In this document: in pieces, positions 7,755-12,157 of the stretch
Position numbering within the stretch: the first letter of the stretch is position 1
Layout: every line of letters begins with the position of its first letter
NCBI GenBank assembly: GCA_041562555.1
Contig: JBFEXS010000067.1
Location: 1 to 12,157 of the forward strand
DNA length: 12,157 nucleotides
Origin: Sulfurimonadaceae bacterium
Lineage (GTDB): Bacteria > Campylobacterota > Campylobacteria > Campylobacterales > Sulfurimonadaceae
Reading direction: 5' to 3'
Program-made: the position numbers and the translations under genes
The notes under the pieces: generated by a model
Told to the model about the DNA's origin: nothing
The model's database searches: none
The model's input: the letters and a program-made list of their open reading frames with translations, nothing else

Positions 7755-10321
7755 GCTGTTCCTTGAGCTAACACACCTTTTTTAGGGCCGCTCTTTCCAC
7801 AACAGCTTTTATATTTTTTACCTGAGCCACACGGGCACGGATCATTACGTGCGACTTTTTTTTCACTGACAGTATTTTCATCATGGGAAAGCTGTCGGTT
7901 CATCTCATCCTGGCGCTTTTGTACTTCACGCTGCTCTACCAGTGCTTCAGCTTCCTCTTCCGCTGCTCTAAACTGGATAACCTGAAGCATCTTAATCGTC
8001 TCAAACTTGATAGAGTCTCTGAGTTCAGAGAAAAGATTATAGGACTCTTTCTTAAACTCAACCAATGGATCCTTCTGATTATAGGCACGCAGACGGATAC
8101 CCGTTTTCATCGTATCCATCTGATACAGGTGGTCTCTCCATGTCTGATCAAGGGTTTTCAGGAATATCTCACGCTCGACTGCAGTATGGATTGCATCGTC
8201 CAGGACTTCCATCTTATCATCATAAGCCTTCTTGATACTCTCAAGCACCATGGAGGCGAGAGATTCATAATCCTTCTCTTTCATCGGCTCGATCGGAAGT
8301 TCCTGGTTGATCTCCTCTTTAAACACTGCCGAAAGTTTTTCAAGGTTGAAGTCTTCTTCACTCTGTCCAGGGAAGATATCACAGTTCATAAGCGTACTGG
8401 TCACATATTCGGAACGGATCTCATCCACCTTCGCATGGATATCATATTCAGGGTCCAGGATATCATTTCTGAACTTGTATACGATCTTTCTTTGTTCATT
8501 GGCGACATCATCATACTCAACAATCTGCTTACGACCTTCAAAATGCATCGTCTCGACTTTCTTTTGAGCCTTTTCAACTGCACGGGTGACCATCTTTGAT
8601 TCGATATACTCTCCGTCTTCAACCCCGAGACGTTCCATGATAGACTTGATACGGTCTGATCCGAAGATACGCAGAAGGTTATCCTCAAGTGAAAGGTAGA
8701 ACTGTGTTACACCCGGGTCTCCCTGACGTCCTGAACGACCACGAAGCTGATTGTCGATACGACGGTTTTCATGACGTTCTGTACCGATGATGTAAAGTCC
8801 TCCAAGCGCTTTGATCTCATCAGAGACCTTGATGTCGACACCACGTCCTGCCATATTGGTCGCGATCGTAACGGCACCCTTTTGACCGGCATTCTTGATG
8901 ATCTCACCCTCTTGTTCATGCTGTTTTGCATTCAGGACCGTATGCGGGATTTTTGCCTTTGACAAGAGCCCGTGCAATACTTCTGATTTTTCAATGGAAG
9001 CTGTTCCTATCAGTACCGGCTGACCTGTCTTGTTCAACTCTTTGATCTGTTTGATGACCGCATCAAACTTCTCTTTTTCTGTCTTATAGATCAAATCATT
9101 CAGATCTTTACGCGCGATTGGAATATTCGTTGGAATAGAGACGACATCCAGGTTATAGATCTGTGCAAACTCGGTTGCCTCAGTCTGTGCCGTACCGGTC
9201 ATACCCGCCAGCTTGTCATACATTCTGAAGTAGTTTTGGAAGGTGATATCTGCAAGGGTCTGTGTCTCTTCTTTGATCTCCACACCCTCTTTTGCCTCAA
9301 GTGCCTGGTGCAGACCTTCTGAATAACGACGTCCTTCGGAAAGACGGCCTGTAAACTCATCAACGATCACGACTTCTCCGTCGCGGACCACGTAATCCAC
9401 ATCGGCTTCAAACAGATAGTTTGCCTTAAGAGCATTATCCAAATAATGTGAAAGTTCTGCATTTTGAGGGCTGTAAAGGTTCTCGACATCAAACAGTTCT
9501 TCCGCTTTGGCGATTCCTTCCTCAGTGATCAGGACGACACGGTCTTTTTCGTCCAGTGTAAAATGTTCGTCACGCACCATCTTTTGAGCGACACTGTTTG
9601 ACTTGTCATAGTTCTCGACCTTGCGGTTTGTCGGTCCGGAGATGATCAGCGGTGTACGTGCTTCATCGATCAGGATCGAGTCCACCTCATCCACAATAAC
9701 GAAGGCATGATCACGCTGGACCATCTGTTCCTTGGAATAAGACATGTTATCACGCAGATAATCAAAACCGAACTCATTATTTGTTCCGTAGGTGATATCC
9801 GCACTGTATTGCTCACGTTTTTTCATCGGATCATAGTCATCTTCCAGGATCGTACCCGTAGTAAACCCTAAGAATCCATATAAAGCACCCATCTCTTCCG
9901 CATCACGGGAAGCAAGATAGTCATTCACGGTGACGACATGCACCCCTTTGCCTCTCAAAGCATTCAAGACAACAGCAAGGGTAGCAACAAGCGTCTTACC
10001 TTCACCGGTTTTCATCTCTGCGATTCGTCCTTCATGAAGCACCATACCACCGATAAGCTGCACATCAAAGTGACGCATATTAAGTACCCGTTTACCTGCC
10101 TCACGTGTTATGGCGAAAGAGTCCACAAGAACATCATCCAAACTTTTTTCTTCACTTAATACTGCGACCTTCAGTGCATTAAAGGCATCCTTTAGCGCTT
10201 CATCATCCATCGCTTCATAATGTGCCTCAAGCTCATTGATCTTTTTGACACGTTTTTTATATTTTTTAAGTTCTCGATCGTTTTTTGTTCCAAACACCTT
10301 GCCTAGCATCTGCTGAATCAT
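7751..10321 (-). CDS. secA: Preprotein translocase ATPase SecA
   Basis: MKTGEGKT Walker [76 protein letters not shown]-terminal SEC-C motif [17 protein letters not shown]. Confidence 0.99.
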   Translation of the reverse strand: MIQQMLGKVFGTKNDRELKKYKKRVKKINELEAHYEAMDDEALKDAFNALKVAVLSEEKSLDDVLVDSFAITREAGKRVLNMRHFDVQLIGGMVLHEGRIAEMKTGEGKTLVATLAVVLNALRGKGVHVVTVNDYLASRDAEEMGALYGFLGFTTGTILEDDYDPMKKREQYSADITYGTNNEFGFDYLRDNMSYSKEQMVQRDHAFVIVDEVDSILIDEARTPLIISGPTNRKVENYDKSNSVAQKMVRDEHFTLDEKDRVVLITEEGIAKAEELFDVENLYSPQNAELSHYLDNALKANYLFEADVDYVVRDGEVVIVDEFTGRLSEGRRYSEGLHQALEAKEGVEIKEETQTLADITFQNYFRMYDKLAGMTGTAQTEATEFAQIYNLDVVSIPTNIPIARKDLNDLIYKTEKEKFDAVIKQIKELNKTGQPVLIGTASIEKSEVLHGLLSKAKIPHTVLNAKQHEQEGEIIKNAGQKGAVTIATNMAGRGVDIKVSDEIKALGGLYIIGTERHENRRIDNQLRGRSGRQGDPGVTQFYLSLEDNLLRIFGSDRIKSIMERLGVEDGEYIESKMVTRAVEKAQKKVETMHFEGRKQIVEYDDVANEQRKIVYKFRNDILDPEYDIHAKVDEIRSEYVTSTLMNCDIFPGQSEEDFNLEKLSAVFKEEINQELPIEPMKEKDYESLASMVLESIKKAYDDKMEVLDDAIHTAVEREIFLKTLDQTWRDHLYQMDTMKTGIRLRAYNQKDPLVEFKKESYNLFSELRDSIKFETIKMLQVIQFRAAEEEAEALVEQREVQKRQDEMNRQLSHDENTVSEKKVARNDPCPCGSGKKYKSCCGKSGPKKGVLAQGTA

Positions 10322-10373
10322 CTATACCTACTTTGAATATGGGTTACTATTGTTTATAGTTTAAAATTTGCTG

Positions 10374-10390
10374 ATTTTATCATCTTAAAT
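10374..10390 (-). promoter_or_regulatory. Putative sigma70 promoter of the secA-lolF-clpS operon
   Basis: Minus strand ATTTAAGa-TGaTAAAAT (extended -10 at 10382-10374), about 52 nt upstream of the secA ATG; matches the Campylobacterota TGnTAnAAT consensus. Confidence 0.6.
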
Positions 10391-10490
10391 CTATAAAACG
10401 GCTTTATCCCATATCAGGAGATATTTTTCTTGCCCATATTACACAGTTTAAAGCCTAAAAAGGATAGACTTCTCTTTTCAAAGGATAGCG

Positions 10491-11012
10491 ATGAAATTAT
10501 TACTCTTTTTACTATTGTCCCTCTCATCTCTCTTTGCTTTTGGTGAAAACATTCACAGTTTTGAGGCTGAATTTATACAGACAATTACCGATGAGACAGG
10601 TAAGACACTGACCTATAAGGGAGATATACACACCAAGCGTCCAGGTTATGTCTTATGGAACTACAAAGAACCTGAACAAGTCGCAAAAAAGATCTATGTG
10701 AATGAGAAAAGAGCCGTTGTAGTACAGCCGCTTTTGGAGCAGGCGACAATCCGCAGACTGCAGGGTGAGATGAACTTCTTTTCTATTTTAAGCTCTGCCA
10801 AAATGGTCGATCAAAACCATTATAAAGCACGCTATCAGGAGATTGACTTCCTCCTGCAAGAGGAAAATGGTGTCATCACCTCCCTCTCTTATCAAGATGA
10901 ACTAGAGAACAAGGTAGTGATCATTTTTTCAAAGCAACGACAGAACCGCCCTATCGAGGACACCTTCTTCACCCCTAAGGTACCCCAGGACTTTGATATT
11001 ATCCGTGAATAG
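10491..11012 (+). CDS. lolA: Outer-membrane lipoprotein carrier LolA
   Basis: Signal peptide ending SSLFA; SFEAEFIQT, KRPGYVLWNYKEP, LEQATI, FTPKVPQDFDII; AAGGA RBS at 10481-10485; divergent from secA. Confidence 0.93.
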   Translation: MKLLLFLLLSLSSLFAFGENIHSFEAEFIQTITDETGKTLTYKGDIHTKRPGYVLWNYKEPEQVAKKIYVNEKRAVVVQPLLEQATIRRLQGEMNFFSILSSAKMVDQNHYKARYQEIDFLLQEENGVITSLSYQDELENKVVIIFSKQRQNRPIEDTFFTPKVPQDFDIIRE

Positions 11013-12157
11013 TCACTCCTCTCCACAGGAGCTGCAAAATGTTTCATGCCGTACACGCTGTTCCCCACAGTGAAGACACTGTTCATGTAGTTTTACCCCG
11101 CAGAAAGGACAAAAAGACTTCGTATAATCGATCTTATAATCACACTCAAAACATTGTGACCATGAGATCAAACGCTGATGGTCCTTACCGATGATGACCG
11201 CCTGCTTCTTAATCAGCGTACGTTTTTGTATCCAGTAAATCAGTCCACCAAACACCAGTACCACCAAAAAGATCGCCACGTAGTTCAATATGGAGATCAA
11301 ACCTATCTCCACCAGGAACTCGACAAGGCGTTTTAAAAGTGTCTTGGGAAGTACATGATAGGCCAAGCCCAGGCTATACCATACCAACGGCAATGCTAAT
11401 ATCAAAGAGATATGCGCACAAATGATCTTGACAACAGGGTTATACTCCTCTGCTTTGAGTGCCTTGCTTCTTGCTCTTTTGTAGAAGTACCCAAAAAAAA
11501 GCAAAAGCGGGAGAATAAAGACGAGCATATGGGCATATGCCTTAAAGGGTTGCCAGAAAGTATAGGATCTCTTGGCATCAAAAAATGCTTCCTTATTCTT
11601 TTCGACATAATCGCTGTAGGACTCATAGCCTTCAAAACTTGTGATCTTTACAACAGCTTCCCGCTCTTTTTTCAGCTCTGTATTGTCCATGACGATACCG
11701 TCGTACTCACTCTTGGCATCTTGTAATTCTGCATTGTTTTGCATCTGTGCAATACGTTCGAACAGACGGGTATTATACTGTTTGGAGATCTCGCCCAGCC
11801 GTCTCTTGTTCTGTGCAAGCGTGGATTCTATTTCCCGAATCCGTTCGAGATTCACCCCAAAACGTTCATCCCCACTTAAACGCGCTATCCTTTTGTCAAG
11901 TTCTTTACAATGTTCATTAAGATGCGGACGGATATGTGCCGCTCTTGACTGACCGTAGTGGTAGTGCTCAAAGGAACTATACTCAGTCTGCACCTTCTCA
12001 AAATGCTTCGTACAATCCAATGGAAAATGATAGCTTACCCGAGGGACCTTCGCCGTTTCGCCTTCTACTCCTATGATTACATTGGTGAAGATAAAGATAT
12101 CAAGGAGGATCAATAGAACGATTGAGATGCCCGAAAGAGGTTCATCCCTAAAACTGA
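11013..12157 (-). CDS. Membrane protein with extracytoplasmic helical/coiled-coil domain and C-terminal double zinc ribbon (5' end beyond window)
   Basis: Frame stays open upstream of 12113 to the window edge (SFRDEPLSGISIVLLILLDIFIF), so the real start is probably outside. About four hydrophobic TM segments; C-terminal CFEC-x10-CPFC-x7-CLHC-x10-CSSC. Confidence 0.85.
   Translation of the reverse strand, partial: SFRDEPLSGISIVLLILLDIFIFTNVIIGVEGETAKVPRVSYHFPLDCTKHFEKVQTEYSSFEHYHYGQSRAAHIRPHLNEHCKELDKRIARLSGDERFGVNLERIREIESTLAQNKRRLGEISKQYNTRLFERIAQMQNNAELQDAKSEYDGIVMDNTELKKEREAVVKITSFEGYESYSDYVEKNKEAFFDAKRSYTFWQPFKAYAHMLVFILPLLLFFGYFYKRARSKALKAEEYNPVVKIICAHISLILALPLVWYSLGLAYHVLPKTLLKRLVEFLVEIGLISILNYVAIFLVVLVFGGLIYWIQKRTLIKKQAVIIGKDHQRLISWSQCFECDYKIDYTKSFCPFCGVKLHEQCLHCGEQRVRHETFCSSCGEE

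Noticed and set aside
7754..7850. SecA SEC-C motif ending CC, plus the KSGPKKG tail
   Set aside because: Normal for Campylobacterota SecA.
7883..8599. 238-aa antisense ORF inside secA
   Set aside because: Exactly codon-aligned with secA, the frame where long shadow ORFs arise from codon bias; no recognisable motif.
10459..10488. AAAGGATAG x2 upstream of lolA
   Set aside because: One copy is the RBS and the other overlaps a possible -10 (TAGACT); too short to call a site.
11493..11500. A8 tract (also T8 at 419-426 and 4560-4567) as phase-variation sites
   Set aside because: Short A/T runs are common at this composition; no long G/C tract; reading frame intact.
961..11952. Other short nested or antisense ORFs within the main genes
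   Set aside because: They lie wholly or mostly within well-supported genes and have no recognisable motifs.

Overview
Mostly core chromosomal region of a Campylobacterota (Epsilonproteobacteria) bacterium, Sulfurovum/Sulfurimonas-like by protein style and gene order (inference). Contents: 5' part of monomeric NADP-isocitrate dehydrogenase icd (-, missed by the ORF track); mltG (-) overlapping head-to-head with a 1058-aa AsmA/YhdP-like envelope protein gene (+); an orphan soluble REC-PAS-HisKA-HATPase kinase (+); a divergent clpS with no clpA beside it (-); lolC/E-type (LolF) permease (-); secA (-); lolA (+); and the 3' part of a membrane protein with a double zinc ribbon (-). No CRISPR, RNA gene, IS or prophage is seen, and I cannot support a wholly new multi-gene system. 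Best leads: (1) the mltG/yhdP-like overlap, with a consensus -10 box for each gene inside the partner's coding sequence; (2) a ClpS with a remodelled N-degron pocket; (3) an mRNA hairpin that buries that clpS start codon and carries the lolF stop codon in its loop.
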